DNA from: an uncultured Collinsella sp.
GTDB lineage: Bacteria; Actinomycetota; Coriobacteriia; Coriobacteriales; Coriobacteriaceae
Direction of reading: 5' to 3'
Length of the DNA: 53,058 nucleotides
Assembly: GCA_902478885.1 (NCBI GenBank)
Contig: CABSMS010000001.1
Span: forward strand, 1-53,058
Shown: piece after piece, positions 20,961 through 31,372 of the stretch
How the letters are laid out: each line of letters starts with the position of its first letter
How positions within the stretch are numbered: the stretch's first letter is position 1
Notes under the pieces: generated by a model
Seen by the model: the letters and a program-made list of their open reading frames with translations, nothing else
The model's database searches: none
What the model was told of the DNA's origin: nothing
Position numbers and translations under genes: made by a program

Positions 20961-21849
20961 ATGGATTGCAGCAAATGTCTCCGCCACGCCAGGCATGCTC
21001 GAAGATATTATCGAGCGAACCAAAGAAGCCGCAGATAGCTACCTCTCACAGCCTCACGCGCGCATAAACGGTGTTCAAATTGGCCCAGTGGGCATCGATT
21101 GGACATATGCTCAAGAGGCTCAGGGCAACTGGCGCACGCGCATGAATGGCATCTTTAAGCAACTCGAAAAACATGACATCGGACTTCTCATCACCATCGA
21201 TGAAGTCACCGTCGATCTCGAAGAAATGCTTCAATTTGCCTCTGTTTACCAGCACTTTGTACGCGAAGGTAAAAAAGTTGCCCTACTCATGGCAGGACTG
21301 CCCTACAAAGTATCGGCGTTGCTGCGTAACGATTCCGTCTCGTTCCTCAGGCGTTCCCAATATCATCAGTTGGGACGAATCACTGACGTTGAAATTGCAA
21401 ACGCATTCCGCAAAACCGTTGAGGCCGGAGGCCGCTCAATCACGCCAGAAGCGCTCGAGGATGCCGTGAAGGCCGTCGACGGATTTCCCTATATGATGCA
21501 GCTCGTCGGATATCGCACATGGGATGTTTCGGAGAACTCGCCCAAAATCAGTGCACCTGATGTACAGCAGGGTTCTCTGCTTGCCCGCATGGAGCTGCGC
21601 GATCGAATTCTCGAAACGACCTATCAGGAGCTTTCCGATAAAGACATTGAGTTTTTGCTCGCGATGCTGCCCGATTCTGGCCCCAGCAGGGTCTCGGAGA
21701 TAGCCAAACGCATGGGCGTCGCCAGCAACTACGCAAGCCAATACAAACGCCGCCTCCTGGAGGACGGCGTCATTGGAGAGCGCGGGCGTGGTCTCGTTGG
21801 CTTTGACATTCCCGCGTTCAGGGAATTCTTGAACGAGAAGGCGTTTTAG
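20961..21849 (+). pseudogene. 5'-deleted AAA+ ATPase with C-terminal winged HTH
   Basis: Walker B (LITIDEV), GFPY and HTH present, no Walker A; the RBS-backed ATG at 20961 is out of frame. Confidence 0.7.
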
Positions 21850-21957
21850 CACGCCAAGATTGTCCGCAAGGGCAACGGCGCACGGCAATCAACGATTCAC
21901 CTGGCAAGGACGGCAAGTGCTTCAAATAACGCTGGTTGCCATGCGTTCTTCTTGCCC

Positions 21958-22488
21958 TTAGGCGAGCTTGCGAGCGAGCTCTCGCACCTCTTCCAACTTG
22001 GGCGACGATACCATGCTGTCGCGCTCGGTCATACCGCTGATGGTGACAATGCCTTGGTCCTCCCACTTGCAGTACGCACAGGCCGACTTGTACATAGCGA
22101 TCGCCGCATCATAGACGCCCTCACTGTGACTATCGAGCAAAAGTGCCGTCTTGGTGAACGGGAATCCCGTGGCACCGAAGGCGTACAGGCGGTCGATGGC
22201 GGCCTTCTCCTGCGCAGTGATATCAAACCAGTAGATAGGCGAAGCGAAGACAACCATATCGGCGCCTTTCAGTGACTCGATCACGTCGGCCATGTCGTCC
22301 TTCTGCACACAGGTGCCCTCGTGGGCGAAGCAATACTGACACCCCAGGCAACCAGCGATTTTCTTGCTGGCAACGCGGACGACCTCGACCGTATTACCGC
22401 TCTCGCGCGCGGTCTCGGCAAACGCCTCGACCATGGTGTCGGTATTGGCGCCCTTACGCGGGCTGCCACTCAACACAACGATATTCAT
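21958..22488 (-). CDS. Flavodoxin-family protein (NADPH-dependent FMN reductase/iron-sulfur flavoprotein)
   Basis: GSPRKGANT, CxxCxxC, ASPIYW. Confidence 0.88.
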   Translation of the reverse strand: MNIVVLSGSPRKGANTDTMVEAFAETARESGNTVEVVRVASKKIAGCLGCQYCFAHEGTCVQKDDMADVIESLKGADMVVFASPIYWFDITAQEKAAIDRLYAFGATGFPFTKTALLLDSHSEGVYDAAIAMYKSACAYCKWEDQGIVTISGMTERDSMVSSPKLEEVRELARKLA

Positions 22489-22587
22489 AAGAATCTCCCT
22501 TCTTCATGCCGCAGGCGCACGATGATTCGGGACAGGTTTTCGTTAGCACCCTCGTAGCGGTTCTCCGCCCCCTAAGCAGCGTGTCCG

Positions 22588-22911
22588 CTACGAAACGACC
22601 GTCTTGTAATAAGCGCCGAAGTCTGCCAGCGAGTCCACGACGGGCATCATCTGGCGGCCGAGCTCGGTAAGGCCATACTCAACGCGGGGAGGATTCTCGC
22701 CATAGTCGTGGCGAAAGACCAGCCCATCATCCTCCATCTGCCGCAGGCTGTCGGTAAGCACCTTCTGAGAGATCCCCTCAAGGTCGCGGCGCAACTCGTT
22801 GAAACGCCAGGGGCGTACGCGCAAGTTACGGATAATGAGCAGCTTCCACTTGCCGCCAATGAGCGCTACCGCCGTTGCGACCGGACACTCCGGAAGCTCC
22901 TCTTTCGCCAT
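22588..22911 (-). CDS. HxlR-family winged-helix regulator
   Basis: CPV...IGGKWK...RFNEL...PPRVEYGLT. Confidence 0.9.
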   Translation of the reverse strand: MAKEELPECPVATAVALIGGKWKLLIIRNLRVRPWRFNELRRDLEGISQKVLTDSLRQMEDDGLVFRHDYGENPPRVEYGLTELGRQMMPVVDSLADFGAYYKTVVS

Positions 22912-23065
22912 CACGGGAGACCCAACCTCCTTGACCATACCGGTTTCACAAAAAAGTACGCAGTTACAAATATGTGCGTACTCGTATTTGCATGCGACTT
23001 CGCGTTGAATATAGCTCACGCAGGAGATGCCTGCAAGGTAAATCAACCCAAAGAGAGGAACCATT

Positions 23066-23419
23066 ATGGCTAATTATGCAAAGACCCACATCGGTAATGA
23101 GAGCCGTGTCGAGCTGCACGAAGTGCTCGGGCTTACCGGGGCAGAGGTGAGTGTCAACAATCTTCCCGCCGGCGCTGGCGTTCCGTTCGTCCATGCACAC
23201 AAGGAAAACGAGGAAATCTACGGCGTGCTCGAAGGCGCCGGCTCGGTCACGATTGACGGTGAGGAAATCGAGCTTGCAGCCGGCGACTGGCTGCGCATTT
23301 CCCCCGCCGCACACCGTCAGTTCCGCGCCGCATCCGACTCGGGCATCACATACGTCTGCATTCAGGTCAAGCAGGGATCCCTTGATGCCTTCACGGCCGA
23401 CGACGCTATCATGTTCTAA
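23066..23419 (+). CDS. Cupin-domain protein
   Basis: HAHKENEEIY metal-binding motif, GAGGA RBS. Confidence 0.85.
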   Translation: MANYAKTHIGNESRVELHEVLGLTGAEVSVNNLPAGAGVPFVHAHKENEEIYGVLEGAGSVTIDGEEIELAAGDWLRISPAAHRQFRAASDSGITYVCIQVKQGSLDAFTADDAIMF

Positions 23420-23973
23420 TTCGCGATCAGCGCACAAGGGGCCGATACCGCCCGCATGCCTCCTTCGGAATAGGCGCTGAGCAGCTCCTGGGCGTAGGCG
23501 AACTCGGGCCCTCGCCTCCAATCGAGCAGGCGGTTGACCGCGAGATTTCCCTGGACGTTGTGGACGAAGAGCAGATAGGCGTCCTCGCGCGAAAGCCCGG
23601 TCTTCTCCATGATAGAGGGGACCATCTGCTCAGCGCCGCGCTCGACGACGCGCTGCGCCACCCGGGCGTACGCATCGTCATCCGAGTAGAGCAGATAATA
23701 GTCATCGTTTGCCGGCGGGCGCTGGCAGAGGGCCCCCGCCCCCGTTCCCTCGAGTGGGGGCGCCGCTGCCAGGGCCTCGTCGATAAGTGCGTCGAGCAGT
23801 GCGAACTTGTCCTCGTAGTGCAAATAGAACGTGCCGCGGTTGATATCGGCGCAGCGGCAAATATCCGCCACCGTCATCTTCGCGAAGCCGACCTCGGCCA
23901 GCAGCGCAAAGAACGCCTCCCGTATAACCGAGAGCGTGTAGCGTCGGCGACGATCGATCTTCCCCGATTCCAT
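23416..23973 (-). CDS. TetR/AcrR-family regulator
   Basis: MTVADICRCADINRGTFYLHYEDK. Confidence 0.9.
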   Translation of the reverse strand: MESGKIDRRRRYTLSVIREAFFALLAEVGFAKMTVADICRCADINRGTFYLHYEDKFALLDALIDEALAAAPPLEGTGAGALCQRPPANDDYYLLYSDDDAYARVAQRVVERGAEQMVPSIMEKTGLSREDAYLLFVHNVQGNLAVNRLLDWRRGPEFAYAQELLSAYSEGGMRAVSAPCALIAN

Positions 23974-24116
23974 GGCCCCTCCAATTGCAGCGCTCAACAA
24001 TATCCAGAAGCCGCTCGTTTATCGACAGCAGCTCGAAACTGTTCATTGCTCTGACGCAAATCAACATTGATACTTTTTATAGACACCTGTTCATTGTAGT
24101 TGAAAGAGAGTATCAA

Positions 24117-25082
24117 GTGACTCTATACGAGCGGCTCGTTATCGAACTCACCAACCAATCGTTTTCCCATCAGGCCGCCTACCGCACCGGCGGCACGCCC
24201 TATGAACTGAGTGCCCGCGAGCCCGAGCCCTACGACCAGCAAATCGAAACGTTTGCCCGCATGATCGATGAAGCCGATTGCGTGCTTGTAGGCGGGGCCT
24301 CCGGGCTCTCCGCGGCGGGCGGCGGCGACTTCTACTACGAGGACAACGCGACCTATCGCAGGCATTTCGGCAAATTCGCCGAGCGCTACGGTTTCAGAGG
24401 CGCTTTTGAAGGGTCGTCCTACCGCTGGCCCACCGCCGAGTCGCGCTGGGGCTACCTTGCCACCTTCCTCGACACCACGCTCAACGCCCCGTTGCGCGGG
24501 CCCTACAAAGATCTCGACGCCATTCTTACCGAGAAAGACTTCTTCGTTCTCACCACCAACCAGGACACGCAGTTCATGAAAATCTACCCTTGGGAGAAGG
24601 TGGCAGAAATCCAAGGCGACCACCGCTTCTTCCAGTGCTCCCGTTGCTGTACGGACGAGGTATGGGACGCCATCGAGCCGGTCTCTCGTATGGTAGAGGC
24701 CATGGGAGACGGCCTAGAGGTTCCGACAGAACTCGTGCCACGCTGCCCGCACTGCGGGGCAGAGGCGTTCCCTTGGGTTCGCGGCTACGGCAACTTCCTG
24801 CAGGGCGAGCTCTACGAGGAGCAGTACCACAAGGTGTCCGACTGGCTCGACGCGCACGCGCGACAGAGGATCCTCTTCCTTGAGCTGGGCGTGGGCCGCA
24901 TGACGCCCGCGTTTATCCAGGAGCCGTTCTGGGCCCTCACGGCGCAGTTACCGCAGGCCAGCTACATCGCCGTAAACAACAAGACGCAGTTTCTCCCCCG
25001 CGCGATCGAGGACCGGGGACTCGCCGTTCGAGCCGACATCGCCGGCGTGCTCGCCGACGTGCGCAAGACGCTGGGGAGGTAG
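24117..25082 (+). CDS. SIR2-family protein, class M (SirTM)-like, copy 1
   Basis: GGASGLS, TTNQD, IQGD, CxxxC...CPHC, PWVR, LELGVG. Confidence 0.85.
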   Translation: MTLYERLVIELTNQSFSHQAAYRTGGTPYELSAREPEPYDQQIETFARMIDEADCVLVGGASGLSAAGGGDFYYEDNATYRRHFGKFAERYGFRGAFEGSSYRWPTAESRWGYLATFLDTTLNAPLRGPYKDLDAILTEKDFFVLTTNQDTQFMKIYPWEKVAEIQGDHRFFQCSRCCTDEVWDAIEPVSRMVEAMGDGLEVPTELVPRCPHCGAEAFPWVRGYGNFLQGELYEEQYHKVSDWLDAHARQRILFLELGVGRMTPAFIQEPFWALTAQLPQASYIAVNNKTQFLPRAIEDRGLAVRADIAGVLADVRKTLGR

Positions 25083-25085
25083 CGC

Positions 25086-25784
25086 ATGGAGACGGCGAAA
25101 GCAGTTCGCATAGGCAGGGCACTTTCCGAGGCGGATCTTGTCATCATCGGCGCCAGCAACGGGCTCGACATGGCGGAGGGGCTCAATCTCTTCTGCGCCG
25201 ACGCCCATTTCCGAGAGGCGTACGGGGACCTCGCCCAGGCTGATGGCATCGGCTGCATACTGCAGGGGCTCGCCTCTCCGGATGCAAACGTGCGACGCCG
25301 ATGGGCCGAGCGGTTCCATCAAAAGGAGTATGTCAAGTATGAGCCCAGCCCGCTCATGAACAGGCTGCGGCATCTTACGGAGCACGCTGACACCTTCGTG
25401 ATCACGTGCAATATCGACGGACACTTCGCACGTGCAGGGTTCAACGAGAACAGCGTGCTCGAAACGGAGGGGAGCATACGCACGTCGATTGACGAGCGGC
25501 GTCTCGCCCATCCAGACGCCCTCGCCATGGCACAGCTCGAAGAGCTCACACACCTTGTGCAAGCCCATCGCAACCACAAGGTTGCCATCCTCGAACTTGG
25601 TGTGGGACTGCGCAACGGCGTCATAAAGCGCATGCTCGCTCAGGTCGCGAACGTCTGCGAACACGCCACCTACATTGTGTTCAACTACAGTCAGGCCTTG
25701 GCGCCCGATGCATCGTGCGAGACAATTCTCGTTGACGGCGATATGGCCCCGGCTTTTGAGGAGATCGCCCGATGCCGCCTCTAG
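25086..25784 (+). CDS. SIR2-family protein lacking the Zn module, copy 2
   Basis: GASNGL, TCNID, TEGS, LELGVG; no Cys pairs. Confidence 0.75.
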   Translation: METAKAVRIGRALSEADLVIIGASNGLDMAEGLNLFCADAHFREAYGDLAQADGIGCILQGLASPDANVRRRWAERFHQKEYVKYEPSPLMNRLRHLTEHADTFVITCNIDGHFARAGFNENSVLETEGSIRTSIDERRLAHPDALAMAQLEELTHLVQAHRNHKVAILELGVGLRNGVIKRMLAQVANVCEHATYIVFNYSQALAPDASCETILVDGDMAPAFEEIARCRL

Positions 25785-26620
25785 AAAGAGAAGCAAAGAG
25801 GCTTCGAAGCCTTATCGACGATGCCGACGCCATCATCGTCGGCATCGGCTCGGGCATGTCGAGCGCCGCCGGGTTCAACCATTACAACCGCGCGGGCATG
25901 GCGCGCGCCGGAATGGCGGACTGGCAGCAAGCCTTTGGCTTCAAGAGCCTTTTCGACGGCTTCTACCACCTCTACCCCAGCCTCGAACAGCAATGGGCAT
26001 ACTATGCGCGATACATCGATTTCATGCTACGAGAGCCTGCCTCGCAGCCCTATCTCGACCTGCGGTCCCTCATCGGCCATAAGGATTACTTCATCCTGAG
26101 CACCAATGTGGACACCCAAGTCGAGAAGGCGTTTCCCGCCGAGAGGACCTGTAACTATCAGGGAAGCTTCGCGCACCTTCAATGCAAGCAGCCATGCTGC
26201 GACGAGCTCTTCGACGCGGGCCCCTACGTCGAGCGCATGCTCGCAGGCATGGCGGGGTTCGAGATCCGCAGCGAGGATGTCCCCCGATGCCCGCACTGCG
26301 GTTGGCAGCTTGCGCCGTGGGTGCGCGACGACACGTTTTTGCAGGGCACGGCATGGCGCGAGGGCCTCGAACGATATGAGCACTTCGTGCGCGAGCGCGG
26401 TAGTAGCCGCGTGCTGTTGCTGGAGCTCGGCGTGGGCGAGATGACCCCCGGCATCATCACGCTCCCGTTCTGGAGCATGACCGCAAAGCTGCCGGATGCG
26501 CATCTGTTAAGCGTAAACATCTCGGGCGACTCGGCTCCGCTGCAGCTCGGGAGCAAGGCAGAGGCGATCCAGGCCGACTTGCGCACCCTGCTCTCGGCGG
26601 CGCGGGCAGGTAACGAGTAG
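25772..26620 (+). CDS. SIR2-family protein, class M (SirTM)-like, copy 3
   Basis: GIGSGMS, STNVD, YQGS, CKQPC...CPHC, PWVR, LELGVG. Confidence 0.85.
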   Translation: MPPLEREAKRLRSLIDDADAIIVGIGSGMSSAAGFNHYNRAGMARAGMADWQQAFGFKSLFDGFYHLYPSLEQQWAYYARYIDFMLREPASQPYLDLRSLIGHKDYFILSTNVDTQVEKAFPAERTCNYQGSFAHLQCKQPCCDELFDAGPYVERMLAGMAGFEIRSEDVPRCPHCGWQLAPWVRDDTFLQGTAWREGLERYEHFVRERGSSRVLLLELGVGEMTPGIITLPFWSMTAKLPDAHLLSVNISGDSAPLQLGSKAEAIQADLRTLLSAARAGNE

Positions 26621-26698
26621 CGCGGCGAGGCTTTTGCGCTTTCATCAGCCCGGACATCACGCCCATAGAAGCGATGGTTCTGATTCGGGTGTCAAAGT

Positions 26699-27463
26699 TT
26701 AAGCCTCCTTGTCAGTCGCTTTAAGGTATTGCTCGTCATCCACGAGCTCCAACCACTCGTTGGAGGCCTCCTCACCCGGAACCTCCACCGCGAGATGGGA
26801 GAACCAGCTGTCGGGCGCCGCACCGTGCCAGTGCTTTACGCCCGCGGGAATATTTACTACATCGCCGGGGCACAGCTCCTGTGCCGGTTTGCCCCATTCC
26901 TGATAAAGCCCTCGACCAGCCACGCAGACGAGGATCTGTCCGCCACCGCTTTTGGCGTGATGTGTGTGCCAGTTGTTGCGGCAGCCGGGCTCAAACGTCA
27001 CGTTGTAGACGCCGACCTGGTCGGTGGAAAGGGGCGCGAGGTAGCTTTGCCCGATAAAGTACTTCGCAAATGCGTCGTTGGGGGCGCCGATAGGAAAAGC
27101 CATCTCGTTTTGGTGCTGCGCCTTTGCGTCGGCAGCGTCTTCGTCCGCCCAGACCTCCTTCGCCATGCGAAAGGCCGCCCACGCCTTGGGCCATCCCGCA
27201 TAAAACGCCGCATGCGTAAGGATTTCCGCTATCTCAGCCCTAGTCACCCCGTTGTTCTTTGCGGACATCAGATGATATTGGAACGAGGAGTCCGTCAGCC
27301 CCTGTGCCATCAAGGCAACCACCGTCACCACGCTGCGGTCTCGAAGGGAAAGCCTGTCTTCTCGGCTCCATACCTCGCCGAACAGCACATCGTCATTGAG
27401 CTGTGCAAATTTGGGGGCAAAATCCCCCAGGGTATCTCTGCCCGCCGTCTGCTTGATCGTCAT
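26699..27463 (-). CDS. Carboxymuconolactone decarboxylase-family/cupin fusion
   Basis: VLFGEVWSR..LSLRDRS, FYAGWP; NVTFEPGCRNNWH, HWHGA. Confidence 0.88.
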   Translation of the reverse strand: MTIKQTAGRDTLGDFAPKFAQLNDDVLFGEVWSREDRLSLRDRSVVTVVALMAQGLTDSSFQYHLMSAKNNGVTRAEIAEILTHAAFYAGWPKAWAAFRMAKEVWADEDAADAKAQHQNEMAFPIGAPNDAFAKYFIGQSYLAPLSTDQVGVYNVTFEPGCRNNWHTHHAKSGGGQILVCVAGRGLYQEWGKPAQELCPGDVVNIPAGVKHWHGAAPDSWFSHLAVEVPGEEASNEWLELVDDEQYLKATDKEA

Positions 27464-27524
27464 GTTTGATTCCTCCCGTCGATGGTTTTGAGTGCAAAAC
27501 TGCTTCCGCGCAGCTAAGCCGCGC

Positions 27525-27640
27525 CTAGACTCCTAAGCCCATTCGTCGCGCCTGCTCAAGAGCGGGATGCCCGGCGATTTCGCCCACACCGTTCACGCCG
27601 CCGGCGAAAACCGTTCCGACAAGCGTGCGCCTTTGGCGAA
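27525..27640 (-). pseudogene. C-terminal remnant of a flavodoxin-family protein
   Basis: Manual translation AKGARLVGTVFAGGVNGVGEIAGHPALEQARRMGLGV*; no start codon. Confidence 0.55.
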
Positions 27641-27676
27641 AATCCCTTGCGCTCCCGATTTGTATTGACGAGAATG

Positions 27677-27707
27677 AAGGTAATACCTAAACCTAACTTT
27701 AGGTCAA
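27677..27707 (-). promoter_or_regulatory. MerR-type promoter/operator
   Basis: TTGACC-19bp-TACCTT with dyad acctaaa/tttaggt; divergent from the MerR gene. Confidence 0.8.
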
Positions 27708-27738
27708 GGAATGAATTCTAGATTTATCCGGAGGAACC

Positions 27739-28179
27739 ATGTACACAATCGGACAGGTGGCGGAGATGTTCGGTCTGCCCGTTTCCACGCTGCGTTATTA
27801 CGATAAGCAGGGATTGTTCCCGGGGCTGGAGCGGACGTCCGGCATTCGCCGATTCGGCGATACGGAACTCGAGGCGCTTCGGGTCATCGAATGCCTGAAG
27901 AAGGCTGGGATGGAGATCAAGGACATCCGGCTGTTCATGGAATGGTGTGCGGAGGGCCCATCGACATATCCCAAGCGCAAGGCCATGTTCGAGGAACGAA
28001 AGGCCCACATGGAGTCGGAGATTGCGAAGATGAACCGCGCGCTGGACATGTTGAAGTTCAAATGCTGGTACTACGAGCAGGCGATTCAGGATGGCAACGA
28101 GGATAGGGTGAAGGCGCTGATTCCCGACGATTTGCCGGGAGAGATCAAAGAGGCCTACGACAACGCCCACGCTCGATAG
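27739..28179 (+). CDS. MerR-family regulator
   Basis: YTIGQVA...STLRYYDKQGL...GMEIKDIR. Confidence 0.93.
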   Translation: MYTIGQVAEMFGLPVSTLRYYDKQGLFPGLERTSGIRRFGDTELEALRVIECLKKAGMEIKDIRLFMEWCAEGPSTYPKRKAMFEERKAHMESEIAKMNRALDMLKFKCWYYEQAIQDGNEDRVKALIPDDLPGEIKEAYDNAHAR

Positions 28180-28183
28180 TGGT

Positions 28184-28385
28184 GTCTGATACTCAAGGGG
28201 CTTTGGCAAGGAGTCCTTTCCAGACAGGAATGCAAAGAGAAGGCCTCCGAATCGGAAGGCTCGGAGGCCTTCATTCCCGCTACTTTGCCGGTGGCTTTGC
28301 CTTGCGGCGACGACGAACAGTATCAGGCGTTACTCGGCAACACCAGTACGCGAGTTCAGAAGCCAGTTCCTGCTATTCCCACTCG
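28184..28385 (-). repeat. guaA 3'-end copy plus ~195-bp arm with hairpin (att-like, copy A)
   Basis: ctattcccactcg (28373-28385) identical to guaA 36858-36870; arm homologous to 30118-30314. Confidence 0.8.
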
Positions 28386-28520
28386 GTAACAGGAGCCACT
28401 GGTCAAAAGCTCGTTAATTTCAATGTGAGTTCTCGGCCTGCCGATTCTTCGTGGGGCAAGAGTTCCCATTTGATACTCACGCTACCTACGCACCGGGAAG
28501 CCAAGGAATCCGGCCGCCAC

Positions 28521-29744
28521 TCAAATTAGGTCGCCGTCATCTTTCATAAACGACACCATGTTCAGATGCCTGACGCCATCCCTCTCCTGCAACAGGGGGT
28601 CAAGCGTGAAAAGGTAGCGCGGATATCCGTCCCTGATGTAGCCGAACGGCCTGTACTCACGCTCTTCCACGTCCCTATCGGCGATTGTCATTGAAACCTG
28701 AATGTAGGCGTAGGCGTTGCGTCTACGCGCGATGAAGTCGCACTCCAGCTTCCCGATGCGGCCTACGGATAGCTTATATCCCCTCGAGCGGAGATAGATG
28801 TACAAGGCGTTTTCCAGCGAGGGCCCGTAGTTCAACCGAACATCGACGTTGCGCGCAAAATAGATACCCGGATCCGCAAGGTAGTACTTCTCCTCGCCGC
28901 GTAACGATTTGCGGGACTTAAGGTCGAATCTCTCGCATTTGTAGAGCACCTTGGCATCGATGAGCATCTGGATGTAGGCGGCGATCGTCCGCCGCTCGAC
29001 GGCGATACGCTCCGTCTTGGTGAAATAGTCGTGGAGGCTGGTGAGACTCGTCGGCGCACCGTAGTTGTTGATGACATAGGTCATGACACGGTTGAACGTA
29101 TCAATGTTCCGGATCTTGTTGCGAGTCCTGATGTCCTTGTCGACGATCTGTCCAACGACATCCTCGATGTAGCGAGCCTTCGCCTCAGGATCGTCGTATT
29201 CCAGAGACCGGGGAAACCCGCCATACCGCAGATATTCGTCAAACTCGATTCGCGCGTCACCGACCTCCTTGCCCATGAACCTCTTCATGTCGAGAAACTC
29301 GGAAAAGGATAGGGTGAACATCTCGAACTCCACGTATCGACCCGTGAGCTTGGTCATCAGCTCACCAGACAGCAGATACGAGTTGGAGCCAGTGATGAAG
29401 ATCGAGAAGCCGCCATCCGAGTTATAGGTGTTCACGACCTCCTCGTAGTCTTGGACGTTTTGCACCTCATCGATGAAGAGGTATTTGAAGTCGTCGTCAG
29501 CCAGAAGCGACTCGATTTTTTCCTCCAGCTGATCAGGCGTCTTAATTGAGCGGTTGCCGCGCTTGTCGAGGTCAAGGTAGATGATGTCCTTGTCTTCGAC
29601 ACCACGGTTTCTCAGTTCCTCGGCAATCGTCGACATGAGGCACGATTTGCCGCAGCGGCGGATACCCGTGATCACCTTGATCAGGTCGTCATCGTAGAAC
29701 GGTCGAATCTTCTTCAAGTATTGCTCGCGATGATACAGTTCCAT
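28521..29744 (-). CDS. ATP-binding protein (AAA_14 plus DUF4143-like)
   Basis: GIRRCGKS, FIDEVQ, ITGSN, GGFP, KYYLADPG, ECDFI. Confidence 0.88.
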   Translation of the reverse strand: MELYHREQYLKKIRPFYDDDLIKVITGIRRCGKSCLMSTIAEELRNRGVEDKDIIYLDLDKRGNRSIKTPDQLEEKIESLLADDDFKYLFIDEVQNVQDYEEVVNTYNSDGGFSIFITGSNSYLLSGELMTKLTGRYVEFEMFTLSFSEFLDMKRFMGKEVGDARIEFDEYLRYGGFPRSLEYDDPEAKARYIEDVVGQIVDKDIRTRNKIRNIDTFNRVMTYVINNYGAPTSLTSLHDYFTKTERIAVERRTIAAYIQMLIDAKVLYKCERFDLKSRKSLRGEEKYYLADPGIYFARNVDVRLNYGPSLENALYIYLRSRGYKLSVGRIGKLECDFIARRRNAYAYIQVSMTIADRDVEEREYRPFGYIRDGYPRYLFTLDPLLQERDGVRHLNMVSFMKDDGDLI

Positions 29745-29878
29745 GGAATTCGCCTCCCCTGCTTAGCTTATCAGAGATGATGATAATCCTCAGTTAAGGC
29801 ACCTATTTTTTCGATTTTACAGAAATTGGTTTCTTAAATATTATTCCAGCTCTTCCATGCTCGCTTGATATCGCGTCA

Positions 29879-29962
29879 TAGATGAAAACACAGTCTACAT
29901 CGGGTAGTCGTGGGCGTGCGGGAGTCCGCATCAGTAACCTGCCTCCTTGGTTGTCCCTTCTC
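29879..29962 (+). ncRNA. yjdF riboswitch-like RNA, copy 1
   Basis: aaaacaca...cgggtagtc...tcagtaacctgcctccttggttgtcccttct upstream of a yjdF start. Confidence 0.75.
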
Positions 29963-29995
29963 TGCATGGTCGTCTACATAAAGGAGGAACCAGCC

Positions 29996-30125
29996 ATGCA
30001 GATCAGCGTGTCGTCCACCCTGACCGTATGTCACGACGGCCAATTCTGGGTCGGGCTGGCGGAGCATGTCGAGGACGGAAGGTACGGCGCCGCACGCATC
30101 GCCTTCGGCGCGGAGCCGTCCGATG
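29996..30125 (+). pseudogene. yjdF: 5' fragment of yjdF (DUF2992)
   Basis: Near-identical to 35455-35584; breaks at gtccgatg into the att arm. Confidence 0.85.
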
Positions 30126-30314
30126 CTCAAGGGGCTTTGGCAAGGAGTCGTTTAGGCAGACATGCAAAAAGGAAGCCTCCGAACCAGAAGGTTCGGAGGC
30201 TTTTATTCCCGTTATTTCGCTGATGGCTTTGCTCTATGACGACGCCGAAGCAGCATCAGGCGGTACTCGACGGTATCAAAACGCGAGTTCAGAAGCCAGT
30301 TCCCGTTATTCCCA
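30118..30314 (-). repeat. guaA 3'-end-like core plus arm (att-like, copy B)
   Basis: TGG GAA TAA core at 30306-30314; 23- and 24-bp blocks identical to copy A; hairpin 30173-30202. Confidence 0.75.
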
Positions 30315-30343
30315 TAGGCATAAGCGCATCTGCTCGCAACTGC

Positions 30344-31243
30344 CTATCGATGCTTTGCCTCGAGCGCGGCAGACACCGCATCGAGGAACTCCCGCACATG
30401 GTCTGCGGGGTGCGACGAATGAAGCAGCCCGTAAGACACGAGACAGTCCCAATCGGTAGGGACGGTTTTGAGCATGGGGTGGACGTTGGCCCACAACGGC
30501 AGCGTCGCAAGCGCGAGGTCCTCGTTCGCGCCGCGATTGAACACCTCCGCCCGATATTGCGGGAAGTCTACGAGCGCGATTTGAGGATGATGCAAGAGTA
30601 TCTCGTCGCGCACGCGGTCGATTTCGGCGTTCCAGCCCCGGCGTATAAGCATAAGACTGTGATTGTGGAGGTCGTCGAATGTGACTATGTCGCGTTTGGC
30701 GAGTTCGTTGTCGACGGGAACGGCGCACCAGAGCGGCTCGCGCGAAAGCTCGAGGCCCAGGCACCCGCGCTCTTTAAGAAAGGCATCGTCGAAAATCCCC
30801 GCCACGATATCCATGTCTTGCCCGAGGTTCGCCAAACCGCGTGCCGCCGAGGGTGTGTTTTCAAACGTGACCACCTGAAGGCTCATGCCAGGGCAACGTT
30901 CCTTCACCTTCGGCCACAGCTTCGTGAGCGGCGTGCTGGGCGTCATGAGCGACACTCCCACGCGGATGATGCGCTTCTCTCCACGCTCGGCGACGCGGGC
31001 GCGTGCGATTGATTCTTGAGAGTACTGCACGATATGGCGGGCGTCGGCGAGCAGCGACCTGCCTGCTCGCGTAAGCGAAAGCCCCTGATGCGATCGGTGG
31101 AACAGCGTAAGGCCTAGCCGCGACTCCAGCAGGTTCATCTGCTTGATGACGGCCGTGGGCGTGATGAAGGACTCTTGTGCCGCCTTGGAGAAGCTGCCCG
31201 CCTCCGCCACGCGGATGAAAGTGTCAAGCTGTGGGTTGTACAT
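30344..31243 (-). CDS. LysR-family regulator
   Basis: GSFSKAAQESFITPTAVIKQMNLLE..LG..LF.R. Confidence 0.93.
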   Translation of the reverse strand: MYNPQLDTFIRVAEAGSFSKAAQESFITPTAVIKQMNLLESRLGLTLFHRSHQGLSLTRAGRSLLADARHIVQYSQESIARARVAERGEKRIIRVGVSLMTPSTPLTKLWPKVKERCPGMSLQVVTFENTPSAARGLANLGQDMDIVAGIFDDAFLKERGCLGLELSREPLWCAVPVDNELAKRDIVTFDDLHNHSLMLIRRGWNAEIDRVRDEILLHHPQIALVDFPQYRAEVFNRGANEDLALATLPLWANVHPMLKTVPTDWDCLVSYGLLHSSHPADHVREFLDAVSAALEAKHR

Positions 31244-31372
31244 CGATCCTCCTGTCACGCATTATGTGCCGTATATACCCCATGGTTATATCCATCATTC
31301 CAACGTGAACTTCTCGCACGTCAGCAAACGCCGTAGCATTGCATTCGAAAAGTCACTATTAAGGAGGAGACC

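Noticed and set aside
28179..28529. 116-aa ORF resembling ORFs near 29882-30459
   Set aside because: Translation of the non-coding att-like arm; reading frame is not conserved between copies
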